A stretch of 62,959 nt of DNA, filler included, from Guillardia theta CCMP2712 (taxonomy: Eukaryota; Protista; Cryptophyta): the NCBI RefSeq assembly GCF_000315625.1. It is 7 parts of 7 records of this genome, joined end to end, with 100 filler letters (N's around TTAATTAATTAA, not from the genome) between each part and the next. Parts side by side here need not be neighbours in the genome. Positions count along the whole stretch, not along the records: positions 13,027 to 28,633 come from NW_005434364.1; positions 28,734 to 36,624 come from NW_005434237.1; 5 more parts are not named here. One strand, written 5' to 3'. Positions 25,394-36,269 of the stretch are shown here, in pieces. A model generated the notes under the pieces. It saw only the letters and a list, made by a program, of their open reading frames with translations, did not search any database and was not told the origin of the DNA. How positions within the stretch are numbered: position 1 is the stretch's first letter; the number at the start of each line of letters is the position of its first letter. A program made the translations under genes and the position numbers.

Positions 25394-27269
25394 CCTGCCT
25401 CAACCCCTGTGAACAGAGATCAGAGGGGATCCGCTGCTGTTGGAGCCGACAGATCAGCTGCGATCATTGTTTGCTGAACCATGTTGTTTCTCACTTTCTG
25501 ATGTAACGTTGGTGCTCTCCTTCAACTATCACTTGCTCATTCTAGTTCACATCAAGACCAGCCCAGCTCCAGAGCTCTTTCCACCGCTCCTTGTCTTTGT
25601 GCTTCCTCTCCCCTCCACGTCTGTTCTTGCGCACTCAACATCCATTGGATGAGCTCTCACGAATGGGTCAAACTGATCATGGTCTCACTATCTGACCACC
25701 TCATCACCTCCGTTTCATCTCGTTTGAAATTAGATCATGTTCTACATTACAACTTCATGTCCTTATCGCTCGCCATTTTCCACCAATTCAGTCGAGCTCA
25801 CTGAAATCCCCTGTGTTTCCCTTTTCTATTTGCATTCCTCCTCTCTTCTTTGACACCCTCACCTTCGTCTATCTCCCCTCTCTTCCCTTCCGCTCTTTGT
25901 TTCCCTCCTCCACTGCTTCCTTTACTCCTTCATCTGTTCTCTCTCTCTCTCTCCCTCTCCTCTCCTCTCCCGTGTCGTCTACAACTCTCCTTCCCCTCTC
26001 TCCCCTCCTCTTCCTCCTCCCTCCCGTCCCTTACCCCCTCCCTCTCCTCCTTCTCTCCTTCCCACTACATCTTCAAGCGCTCACCTTCCAAGGACATACC
26101 ACCCTACCCCCTATTTACCATCACAAAGACCCATTTAAGTGGGTGGGGTAGTAATTTTCCTTGTGGAACCTTCTGCTACTTTCGAAACCCCAATGTGGAA
26201 CCACGTATGTTGGCAGACCGGTTCTGACCTCCTTCTGGTCAGAGGGGGGAGGAGGGACTTATTTTCATGGGGTACATGTTTACGGCAAGGTTGGTGAAAA
26301 ATGAGGGTAGGGTACTTGAAGTACCCCTGGTCTTGCGTGTGGAAGGGGTACTTGAAACACTATTTTCGAGGCAAATGGATGGGTATATTGTCGAACTTCT
26401 ACACACAAGGGGTACTATGTGTCAAATCAGAGGGTGGGGGTACTCTGTAAGGGATTGCAGGGATGGGGAATACCATGTGAAACAGGGCGCAAGGGAGGGA
26501 GGGAGGGAGGGAGGAAGAGAGGGAGGGAGGAAGGGATGAAGGGAGGGAGGAGGAGAGATGAAAGGAAAGGAAGAGGAGGAAGGAGAGTTAGGGTAAGTCG
26601 ACAGGTAATGATGAAGGGAGTAAGAGAGAGGGAAAGAGCCAAGGCTGGCAGGTGGTCATCATAGATACAAAATCGATCCCATGAAATTCTCTTCCTGCAT
26701 CCGCATTGCCTTACCTATCACGAGTCTTCATGCAGAGGTAGAAGTATAGAGGCAGGAAGATGAATTTTCGACTCAGAAGGCGTGATGGGGACGACAACGG
26801 TCTGAAAACGTCATTTACAACAGGCATTTCTGCAGATTACAAGATGTCGAACGGAAGATGGCTACTGTCTATGTTCTTCATGCTGACAGCCATCAGTCAT
26901 GCTTGTGATGAATCTCTTGATCTAAATGACATGTAGTAACGGGTTACTTTGCACAGGCGCGTTCTTGCAGCAGCACGGCAGAGCATGCAGACTATCCTCT
27001 TCAGCGTCTTGGAAGGCTGTATGCGTCGACCCACCGCCCAAGGGAACGTGAGCATGCTTGTTTTGCCGCAGCATGCTGGAAGAGACTTGTGTCCTGTCAA
27101 CATGTCTGATCGGATGTTTGATGACAACCCAGCACCTCGGTCTTCCCTCTTGACATGTCACTCAACTTCACATCGAGTAGACACATCTTACACATGCATG
27201 TCGATCATGTTCAATCAAGCTCACACGCCATGTTTCCTCTGGCTCATCGCTCCTTGCAGCATATGGCAG

Positions 27270-27705
27270 GTCTTCCCTGAGGGTACTCCGGACATTGCTC
27301 CCTCGACAGCCACCGGCGCCATCGGAATGTGGTCAGCACATTCTGCCGTCTTCGACCTTCGGCTGGGTACGCCCTCCCCTCTCCCTCTTACCCTCCTCAC
27401 CCCGGCGTCAGGATCGGGCAAGCAGGTGCAGGCAGAGGAGGTTATGAGCGTACCCGGGGCGATGCTGCTGCACGATGTGCGAGAGTGTCGTTGGGAGGAG
27501 AAGGAGATGACGGAGGGAAAGGTGTTGAGCAGGGAGGAGTGCGCAAAGGCGATCATCCTGTCAGAGGCCATGGGCTACCAGGAGCATGACCTGCTCAAGG
27601 TCTTTCGCTCTTGTGCCTAGATCGCTGCCCTGTAACTTCTCCTGCTGCTGCTGCTGCTGCTGCTGCTCTTCCTCCTCCTTCTCGTCCTCCTCTTACTCCT
27701 GCTCC

Positions 27706-27753
<48 letters not shown>

Positions 27754-28221
27754 TCTGCTGCTGCTGCTGCTGCTGCTCCGTCCATTGCAACCAGCTCCTA
27801 CACCTTCCGCCCTTGCTCTTTTCTGTCGCTTGACGAGGGCTGAGCACAGAACACTCATGCTGCCGTCACGTGGGTCGCAGACCTCGAGAACGTGATCAGA
27901 CCTCTCTTCCTCCGATGCAAGCCCTTCCTTCCCTCTGTACGCCTGTGAAGCTCCTCCTCCTCTCCCCACCGACGTCGCTGCAGATTCTCGACAACCTGAG
28001 AGGAGGAGCTGCGAGGCAGCTGCGAGGGCTGAACGCTCGGCTGCGGTGCTACCGCTACCAGCCTGACGGACATCAGGTGGGGGAGGCGAAAGGAGGGAGT
28101 GAGGGAGTTAGGAGGGGGGAGAGGGAGGGAGGGAGGGAGCATGATAGCAAGACAGACGTTCCGCCTCCACCGCGACGACTCGTTTCCAATGTCGTCGCTT
28201 GACCGACACCATGGCGACCGG

Positions 28222-28270
<49 letters not shown>

Positions 28271-28580
28271 TTCTCATCATTCTCTTCCTTCTCCTGACAT
28301 CGCTCTGCAGGGCTCTTATGGAACGTGAGCGGGGGATCCGAGAGTTCCGTCCTCACCTTCCTCCTGTCCCAACGATCTGCTGCCCGCTCCCTCCCGGCTG
28401 ACGTAGCATGCAGGTACCTCTCGGACGACTTCGAGGGGAGGTCATACTTCCTTCGTTCCTCGCCACAAGGAGCAGCAGCTTCCTGTCGTCGACGGCGTCT
28501 TGCATGGGCGGAAGAAGGACACAAGCTTGTCGCCGTGAAGCCTCGAGCTGGATCCGTGCTGGTCTTCTACCAGACCTGCA
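27270..28580 (+). CDS. 2OG-Fe(II) oxygenase (prolyl-4-hydroxylase-like), multi-exon, ends uncertain
   Basis: VLSREECAKAIILSEAMGY, LRGLNARLRCYRYQP, FRLHRD (HxD), SVLTFLL, YLSDDFEG, VAVKPRAGSVLVF. Confidence 0.8.
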
Positions 28581-28633
28581 GGTCAGGGAGGACATGTCCC
28601 TTGCTCACCTGACGTGAACCTGTCAGCCTTGAC

Positions 28634-28733
28634 NNNNNNNNNNNNNNNNNNNNNNNNNNNNNNNNNNNNNNNNNNNNTTAATTAATTAANNNNNNNNNNN
28701 NNNNNNNNNNNNNNNNNNNNNNNNNNNNNNNNN
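28634..28733. other. Artificial contig-join linker
   Basis: N44-TTAATTAATTAA-N44. Confidence 0.97.
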
Positions 28734-29609
28734 GGGGGGGGGTTTTGTCAAGACGGACGCAGCTGCATTACGATTGCGCTTTGTTCTCTGAGCACGTTGA
28801 TTTGCATTCTGTCTAGGATAATGAGCATAAGTCAATTCAAAGGATCTCAAAAGCCATAATTCCAAGAAGATATCAGCTTCAATCCAAAACTTATACTTGT
28901 TCTTCTTAGATATCAAAAGGATACACTCCTTGTATTTCTCATCATATAGAACTGGCTTGAAACCATATTTATGGACATCTTTATCGGATACACAATATAT
29001 GAAGAACTCTTCTTGATCCTGCAAGTAAGTGACATTCTTGAGTTTCTTAGTATGAACCCTCTTGATAGTATCAATATCAACATTACGAGTAAGGATGTAC
29101 AATTCACGATGACCTAGACGATTGAATGTATGGAACTTGAAGCAACTATCCGGTAACCATAGTTTATAAGGGAGAGATTGTATGTATGGGTCTTGAGAGA
29201 GTTCAAAATAATCCCATAATCTTCTATCATGAGACTTCTTGAAGAAGCAGAATTGTATCCGATAGAGCTCATTGATATGGCCATAGAGGGTGTGTCTGAG
29301 TTGTATGATACGTGTCTTTTGTTGTTTAAGGAGAGGATGGGGCTGATCAAAACACTTCCAATCAGGAAAAAGAAAGGTAAGGTCTGAAGAGAATTGGATA
29401 GTAAGGATAATAAGATCGTGCAAGGAGAGTTCGATGTAATGTGGATGTAATATATCATATCTGAAATAGAGATAATTGAGAATGGCGTGAGTGGGATTAT
29501 TGAAAGACCTGATATGGTTGGAGATGAGTTGGTACAATTTAGAGACAAGCTTATACTTATGTTTGATGTTATTCAAGATATCATCATGTAGGACAGATAG
29601 ATCAATCAT
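28734..29609 (-). CDS. Viral-like hypothetical protein, F-box-like N-terminus (3' partial)
   Basis: ORF starts MIDLSVLHDDILNNI and runs into the linker without a stop. Confidence 0.65.
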
Positions 29610-30132
29610 TTGCTATTGGAATATATGAAAGATATACTTATATTGAAGATGGTATTTATATCAATGATAAAAATTAATATGAGGTCGGTAAGGGATATAG
29701 GATGTCTCCACCTCTCCCTAAGGATTTTTTATTGTTGATGTATATGTTTTGTGTAGAATAAGTGGAAGCTGTTATTAAGCCGTCAGGACAGGGGGAAGCA
29801 GTACTTCTTCAAGCCCAACTCAATGATAATCCTTAAATGTGTGTGTTATCATTAGATGGAGTAGATGTTTCTTTCAGAAAACGATGGGTCGGATAAAACA
29901 CCGAAATAAGTCGTCCAACACAATATAAGGTACAATATCTATATGATGCTCTCTATATAAACTTTTTACGACTTATAGAGAGATGTTGAATATATGATTT
30001 TATGATTTCAACATAGTTGTATAATGATATAAAGAATGACATAGAGATATCATATGGGTATTGTACAGAGTACGTGTGAAATTGTTCTTAAGCCTTATTA
30101 ATCATGAGAGCTTGAAGGGAAAAACAAGACTC

Positions 30133-30557
30133 TTATGAGGAGATATTCTGTAAGAGTTTCTGTTGTTGATATTTTTCACGCCTCTTGCGGTTGATCTCAT
30201 CCTTGTTCTGATGGTACCAATTCAATGAGGCTTGAGAATGATATATGCGATATTGTTGCATTTGTTCGGGAGTGAATTTTTGNNNNNNNNNNNNNNNNNN
30301 NNNNNNNNNNNNNNNNNNNNNNNNNNNNNNNNNNNNNNNNNNNNNNNNNNNNNNNNNNNNNNNNNNNNNNNNNNNNNNNNNNNNNNNNNNNNNNNNNNNN
30401 NNNNNNNNNNNNNNNNNNNNNNNNNNNNNNNNNNNNNNNNNNNNNNNNNNNNNNNNNNNNNNNNNNTGATAGTTCCGTTGATATTCCTTTCTTTTGAGTT
30501 TCTTCATTCATCAGGTGACAACTCACTTAGGGTGGTAATAGAAGAAGGGTTCTCCAT
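30133..30557 (-). CDS. Small basic viral-like protein (K/R/Y-rich helical, probable DNA binding); spans a gap
   Basis: KKLKRKEYQRNY...WYHQNKDEINRKRREKYQQQK. Likely start is ATG at 30557 (MENPSSITTLSELSPDE) with a 1-nt slip near 30507. Confidence 0.5.
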
Positions 30558-30654
30558 TTGTATAATAGTATATACATGAAATTGTTCTTAAGCGCGTTTG
30601 AAAGTACTTAAAGAATAGCTATGTTATAAATTACAAATAAGTTTAAGCAAAAAG

Positions 30655-33600
30655 ATGTTGAAGAAAGATTATGTGAAGAGATGGTATGGCCAGATAAAGG
30701 ATGGTAAGATATTCAAGGAGAATGCTCTTGGAAGAACAAGCATTATCATAAGCAGTGACAAGAAGAGACTTAACACGGATGATCCAAAGAAGAAGGTGGT
30801 AAAGGACTTCTGTGTGACGGATTACAAGAACCCAATGATAGGGCAAAATCTCAATCTGTATGAGGTCCTAAAGCACGGCAGGAACACAGGGCTGCCAATC
30901 GATATAGACATATTGGTGGATGATGAAGAGAGGGCCAAGGAGTATGAGAGGATGCAATCAGAGGGCCAATATCCTCTGTTGGATGAGATCATAGAGTTTG
31001 CGAAGAGCAGCATTGACGTGATGACATATGAATTGGGCATAGAGGGGCTGCATGTAGACAACGTGATAATATGTGAGTCAAATGGCAGACAGCATGCAGA
31101 GGCAAGGTACAAACTATCATACCATGTGATACTGCCAATACACCTTGACTGGAGGTATTGCAGAGACCTTATGAAGATAATCGATGTGCCTGTAACAGAG
31201 TTTGAAGTGAAGATAAAGAGACATTTACCAAGTCTACAGAAGAATGTTATAGACATGTCAATCTACAAACAGCATCAGCAATTCAGGCTTATAAATCAAT
31301 CCAAGATGATATACCACAACAACCAATACATAGTCACACCTACAATCAAGAGGGCCGTCAAACCACAAGGAGAGCCATTCTACAAGTATCTTGTGGGTGA
31401 ATATGAAGAATCAAACAGGTTCTCAAGGTTTGATCCGAACATATTGAATGGTAAAAAGAAGCCCTTCAATATAAGCCCTCCAAAGCGTGTCAAGAGTCCA
31501 TCGCAATTAGACAACGGCACGTTCACCTACACAGGTAAGCATACATTGAAGCCTGACATAAATGAACACTTTGTCATGTACCTCATAAAGACCATACAGA
31601 ATGACATAATCTCAATCAATACATATAACTGGAAGAAGCTGGTTTTAACAGTGACTAATTTCTTGACAGAGACCCCAGAAGAGATGTTCAATGACCTACA
31701 GGGTTCAATCCATATCAAATATGAGGACAGGGTTGATGCTTTTCTATCTCTCATGACTGAATGGACGCATCAGGCCTATCTAAATCATTGTCAATATCTA
31801 ACATGGGACAAGATGACACTTCTAAACAAGTGTAAGGAGTTAAAGGTCAAGAGGTATGGAAGCCTATCAAAAGAGCAGATGATAGAGGAGCTTGAGAAGG
31901 TTTGTCCAACAGAGAGAACGGACGATATAGAGATACACAAGAACAACATCAAATCCCTTTATGAGACCAAACTAAGCTCATTATACTGTTTGCTAAACTC
32001 ATTCAACGAAAATAATGAACAAGAGAGGATAACATTGCAAGAGATGTTGTCAAGACTGAATAGCATGCTCCATAAGTCTACATTGCAATGGGCAGATCCA
32101 ATCGGTAGCCTTGTAATAATTGCCAAGATGTATGACGAGAATGTTGTTTCATCGTGGCACAGACACAACCTACCAAAAAATACAACAGTCAGTCTAGACT
32201 ATATCAAGGAGCGGTTCAATGTGCTGTCATATCCCTCATTTGGAGAAAAGATAGAATCAGATAAGACTTTCATAGCTCTATCGGCCTCAATGGGATTTGG
32301 GAAGACAGAGTACATGCTCCAAGATATAGAAAACAGCGATGATAATGTTCTGATTATAGTGTCCAACATAAATCTAGCAACCACTCTAAGGACAAGAGTG
32401 AATGGGATAATGATGGAGAAATGGCTCCAAACATTCAGTCTGTACAATGACATGACGGTTCCTGATCGCTTCAAGAAAGGACGTCTCATTATCTCAATCC
32501 AATCCCTTAGCAAGTTAGAACGCTTCGATTACGACTATATCATAATAGATGAGTTAGATGAGCTCACCAATTCATTGGTAAATCCAACAACCGATGAGAG
32601 AAAGAACAAGAATGTTAGAGAGGAAATAGTTAATGTGTTAAATGATCTATTCACCTACAGCAGCCTGAAGAGGGTGATATTTGCAGAGGCTCTATTTAGA
32701 TTTAGCAGGGCCTCTGTAGATTTTCTATATGACCTATCCAAGAGGTTCAGCAAGCCGGTTGATTTCTATCATACAGATGATATCCGTTTCAAGCAGAGGT
32801 ACAACCTACGGTGTGACATCAGAAGGTACAAAAAAGAGTATAATAAAGAGCAATACAATGTATCAGAATACTTCTTGAAGAACATCATAAAGGATGTGAA
32901 GAATGGACATAAGATATGTGGAGTGGTAGTCTTCAAGTGTAACAAGGAGCGGTTTGAAAAAGAGTTTGATAAGCATGGCATTAAACATCTGATCATCACA
33001 GGGGATAATAAAGAAGAACATAACAAATACATCAAAAATCCTAAACTGATCAGCAAACACAACATAGATGTGTGTCTGCACACTTTCACTCTGACCACAG
33101 GCTTTTCAGAGGAGTCTAGAGATTACTGGACCAAGAAGGTAATACTTCTTGATGAATTTGGGAGCGTTCCTAATGGTTTTATCCGTACAAACACCATATT
33201 TCAAGCATTGCATAGATTTAGGTATGTCAAGGCAGATGCCGAAGGATATCAGAACATAGATATATATTACAAGAGAAATCCAGACTTTGAGCACACCTAT
33301 GTAAAGTTTAGGAATCAGGTGGTTTCAGAGGACTATCTCAAGCATGTAAAGCATCCTAGCAAGGAGTCTAATTGCAACATGGAGGAGGGCTTTAAAGAGA
33401 TGTTCCGCAACCTTAGGATAAACAATACAGAGAGGGATCATATCCAGAAACCCTATCTAATAGATTGTTTCAAGTACCAGGTAAGCAAACAAGCCGATAA
33501 TAAGTTTATAGAAAAAGAATGTATCAGAACCCATGAAGGGATATACTGTGCTATGAAGGATCATGTGGAGGATGCTGAGGAGACAACCGTAGAGCAGGCA

Positions 33601-34266
33601 ATAAACAAAAAGGACATGTTTAAACACCATTCTGAAGTGCTAAAGGCATACAATTACAATTACTTTGACTACATAAACAATAATTTGAAGCATCGAAAGG
33701 ACAAAGAGAGACAACAGAGAGATGCCTTCTTAGTATATATTTATGATATATATATGCACCGTATGGATGTAGAAGATTATAAGAGGATCATTGAGAAGGT
33801 ATATAAATCTGTAGGCAATGAGAACATTAATTTTAACATAGTGTCGTCATTGATACAGCTATATCATCAAGAGAAAAACATCATCAAGTCCATAAACAAG
33901 TTCTTGGAAAACGACAAACTAACAAGAATGGTCCATAGGATCGTGGAGATATTGGATATCAAGTTTGATAATTTTAATAAAGATACGATCATATCGGGCA
34001 AGAACATCAAGATATATGAGAAAGAAATAAATAGTATGTACTATGAGTTCTATATCCAGTTTAAACTCAAGAAAAGCAAGGATGCTGAAAAACCAATATC
34101 TAAATTGAATTTCCTGATGTCAAAACTATTCCAAATGGAATTGAAAGAAACAGGGAATAGAAAGAAGTTTACGCATGAAGACAAACGTTTAGATTATTAT
34201 GATTACACCATGGAGATAGAAGAAGATACACTAAAGATAATAGGTTGTTTTAACTATTGCAGCTGA
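30655..34266 (+). CDS. Primase-helicase: AEP (PrimPol/NCLDV-herpes type) fused to UL9/origin-binding-protein-like SF2 helicase
   Basis: AEP motifs PIDID (~30895), KLSYHVI (~31111), IDMSIY..QQFRLINQSK (~31249); HeH/SAP-like LLNKCKELKVKRYGSLSKEQMIEEL (~31820); Walker A SASMGFGKT (32281), ISIQSLSKL, Walker B IIIDELDE (~32540), TLTTGFS, FQALHRFR. Confidence 0.85.
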   Translation: MLKKDYVKRWYGQIKDGKIFKENALGRTSIIISSDKKRLNTDDPKKKVVKDFCVTDYKNPMIGQNLNLYEVLKHGRNTGLPIDIDILVDDEERAKEYERMQSEGQYPLLDEIIEFAKSSIDVMTYELGIEGLHVDNVIICESNGRQHAEARYKLSYHVILPIHLDWRYCRDLMKIIDVPVTEFEVKIKRHLPSLQKNVIDMSIYKQHQQFRLINQSKMIYHNNQYIVTPTIKRAVKPQGEPFYKYLVGEYEESNRFSRFDPNILNGKKKPFNISPPKRVKSPSQLDNGTFTYTGKHTLKPDINEHFVMYLIKTIQNDIISINTYNWKKLVLTVTNFLTETPEEMFNDLQGSIHIKYEDRVDAFLSLMTEWTHQAYLNHCQYLTWDKMTLLNKCKELKVKRYGSLSKEQMIEELEKVCPTERTDDIEIHKNNIKSLYETKLSSLYCLLNSFNENNEQERITLQEMLSRLNSMLHKSTLQWADPIGSLVIIAKMYDENVVSSWHRHNLPKNTTVSLDYIKERFNVLSYPSFGEKIESDKTFIALSASMGFGKTEYMLQDIENSDDNVLIIVSNINLATTLRTRVNGIMMEKWLQTFSLYNDMTVPDRFKKGRLIISIQSLSKLERFDYDYIIIDELDELTNSLVNPTTDERKNKNVREEIVNVLNDLFTYSSLKRVIFAEALFRFSRASVDFLYDLSKRFSKPVDFYHTDDIRFKQRYNLRCDIRRYKKEYNKEQYNVSEYFLKNIIKDVKNGHKICGVVVFKCNKERFEKEFDKHGIKHLIITGDNKEEHNKYIKNPKLISKHNIDVCLHTFTLTTGFSEESRDYWTKKVILLDEFGSVPNGFIRTNTIFQALHRFRYVKADAEGYQNIDIYYKRNPDFEHTYVKFRNQVVSEDYLKHVKHPSKESNCNMEEGFKEMFRNLRINNTERDHIQKPYLIDCFKYQVSKQADNKFIEKECIRTHEGIYCAMKDHVEDAEETTVEQAINKKDMFKHHSEVLKAYNYNYFDYINNNLKHRKDKERQQRDAFLVYIYDIYMHRMDVEDYKRIIEKVYKSVGNENINFNIVSSLIQLYHQEKNIIKSINKFLENDKLTRMVHRIVEILDIKFDNFNKDTIISGKNIKIYEKEINSMYYEFYIQFKLKKSKDAEKPISKLNFLMSKLFQMELKETGNRKKFTHEDKRLDYYDYTMEIEEDTLKIIGCFNYCS

Positions 34267-34305
34267 AAGCGGACGTGAATAGGCCTTTGGATTAGTCCCC
34301 TAGAA

Positions 34306-34500
34306 GATCATAAGTGTATAACTACATGGATAGAGAGATGGCATTGCAGAAGGTGTGTTATGTTGGAAGGCCTTAATGAAAGGCAGGGAGTGGGTTGAAG
34401 GGAAGGACTGTCGCATTTTCGAAGATTACCTTTTGGTATATATTATAGGAAGTATAAAACGTAATAGTCGAAAATGCGACAGGGGTGTATAGAATAGAGG
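34306..34500. repeat. Structured repeat copy 1 (15-bp inverted repeat 34408-34422 / 34468-34482)
   Basis: CTGTCGCATTTTCGA ... TCGAAAATGCGACAG; homologous to copies 2 and 3. Confidence 0.92.
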
Positions 34501-34562
34501 GAAGGTTAGTATAGAAAGGATTGATGAAATAAAAAAAGGGTTAAATGACATAAAGCTTTGTT

Positions 34563-35546
34563 ATGAATACAATGGTAAGAATTAAGATGGAGACAGAGCA
34601 TATTGTACCCTTTGGAAAGTACAAGGGACAACCGATTACAACATTATTGAAGGATATAAAGTATTTAGAATGGTGTAAGCAGCAAGAATGGTTCAAGAAG
34701 TTTCCTGTTGTCTATAATATATGTGTAAATCAGACAATAGTCCATCAGAATGAGAACAGTAAGACACCAGAACATAACAAAATTCAGAATTTATTTTTAC
34801 AAAAGAAGTACAAAGAGCGATTGATAGAACATGTTACGAAGTACAAGAATGACATAGATATGCTTAGAGAAGGGATTCAGAACGAAGACTTCAAGAAGTA
34901 CTTCAAAGATGTTGAGGACAAATATGATGAAATTGCGGAGGGAGGATGGTCACGTTATTGGATTGAGAGTACTGAATTTGAAGGAAAGTTTAATTGGGAT
35001 GTTATAATAGAAACAAAGTGTAAAAATAATAGTGAAACACTAAATTTTACACTCAGAGAAGAGTTTTTTGAATTAAATGAGAAACAAATAAGGGATCATT
35101 TATGTAAAATCTTTGGATTGAGATCAAATAAATTTTTGATAAGAAAAGAGAAGGAGTTTACTAAGGCATATTACTACAATAGAGAACTAGAATATAATAT
35201 TTATATTGAGATAAAGCCATTATTAGGAGACGATTATCCATGTGTATTGAGAAGAATGAAACAACAAATAAGATATACAGAACAAGAAGAATATAACACT
35301 AGATATATTTTACTCATAAAAGATTATGCTTCATCAAGCACTACAGAAAAGGAGTTGAAATCAATTTTTAAACAGGAAGGAATAAGAATAGTATTTATGC
35401 GAGATATAGCATATGATGATACAAGTGAAACACAGCAAGAATTTTCATTAGGGATGAGTGAGTTAAAAGAAAGAGCAAAGAAATTGGAAGAAGAGAATAT
35501 GATATTGAGAGAGAAGCTAAGGGGATATGAAGAGGTTTCTATATGA
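34563..35546 (+). CDS. Viral-like protein: N-terminal PFGKYKG motif domain plus putative PD-(D/E)XK nuclease fold
   Basis: IVPFGKYKGQPITTLLKDIKYLEWC; EFEGKFNWDVII ... IYIEIKPLLGDDYP; C-terminal coiled coil. Confidence 0.65.
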   Translation: MNTMVRIKMETEHIVPFGKYKGQPITTLLKDIKYLEWCKQQEWFKKFPVVYNICVNQTIVHQNENSKTPEHNKIQNLFLQKKYKERLIEHVTKYKNDIDMLREGIQNEDFKKYFKDVEDKYDEIAEGGWSRYWIESTEFEGKFNWDVIIETKCKNNSETLNFTLREEFFELNEKQIRDHLCKIFGLRSNKFLIRKEKEFTKAYYYNRELEYNIYIEIKPLLGDDYPCVLRRMKQQIRYTEQEEYNTRYILLIKDYASSSTTEKELKSIFKQEGIRIVFMRDIAYDDTSETQQEFSLGMSELKERAKKLEEENMILREKLRGYEEVSI

Positions 35547-35681
35547 AGGCATTATTTATGTATAGAAAACACATGATGAGAGGGGTTATATATGTGAGTA
35601 CAAAAGCGTAATAGTGTTATTGATCATCTGCAGGATCAAAGTTTAGAATAGATATGAGTGCATAGTGGAGAAACTATTGAA

Positions 35682-35885
35682 GATAGAGAGATGGCATTGC
35701 AGAAGGAGAGAGATTGTGGAAAGGCCTTAATGAAAGGCAGGAGTTGGTTGAAGGGAAGGACTGTCGCATTTTCGATGATTACCTTTTGGTATATATATAG
35801 AAAATATGAAACGTAATAGTCGAAAATGCGACAGGGGTGTCTAAAATAGAGAGATAGGGATGGGAAAACCGAATAGATTGTAATT
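35682..35885. repeat. Structured repeat copy 2 (IR 35761-35775 / 35820-35834)
   Basis: Same IR and flanks as copy 1; spacer contains TATATATATAG. Confidence 0.92.
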
Positions 35886-35898
35886 AATGTACCCATAC

Positions 35899-36144
35899 GA
35901 TCATGAGTGTATAACTACAGGGATACAGAGATGGCATTGCAGAAGGTTTGTTCATAAAAAAGGCCTTGATATAAGGCAGGAGTTGGTTGAAGGGAAGGAC
36001 TGTCGCATTTTCGATGATTACCTTTTGGTATATATATAGAAAATATGAAACGTAATAGTCGAAAATGCGACAGGGGTGTCTAAAATAGAGGAAGAGGCAT
36101 ATTGGGGAAGATAGGGATGTATGGAAGGCCGAATGGATTGTAAT
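35899..36144. repeat. Structured repeat copy 3 (IR 36000-36014 / 36059-36073)
   Basis: Tandem to copy 2 with a 239-bp offset; core identical to copy 2. Confidence 0.92.
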
Positions 36145-36269
36145 CGATGATAGCAATGATGTTGATGTTTAATATATATGGATCGTGAAGAGAACAATGA
36201 AGTGAAACGTTTATATAAGTGAGAAGGGAATAAGAATATATAACAAAACTGTTTAGAAAAAGTTTAGGG

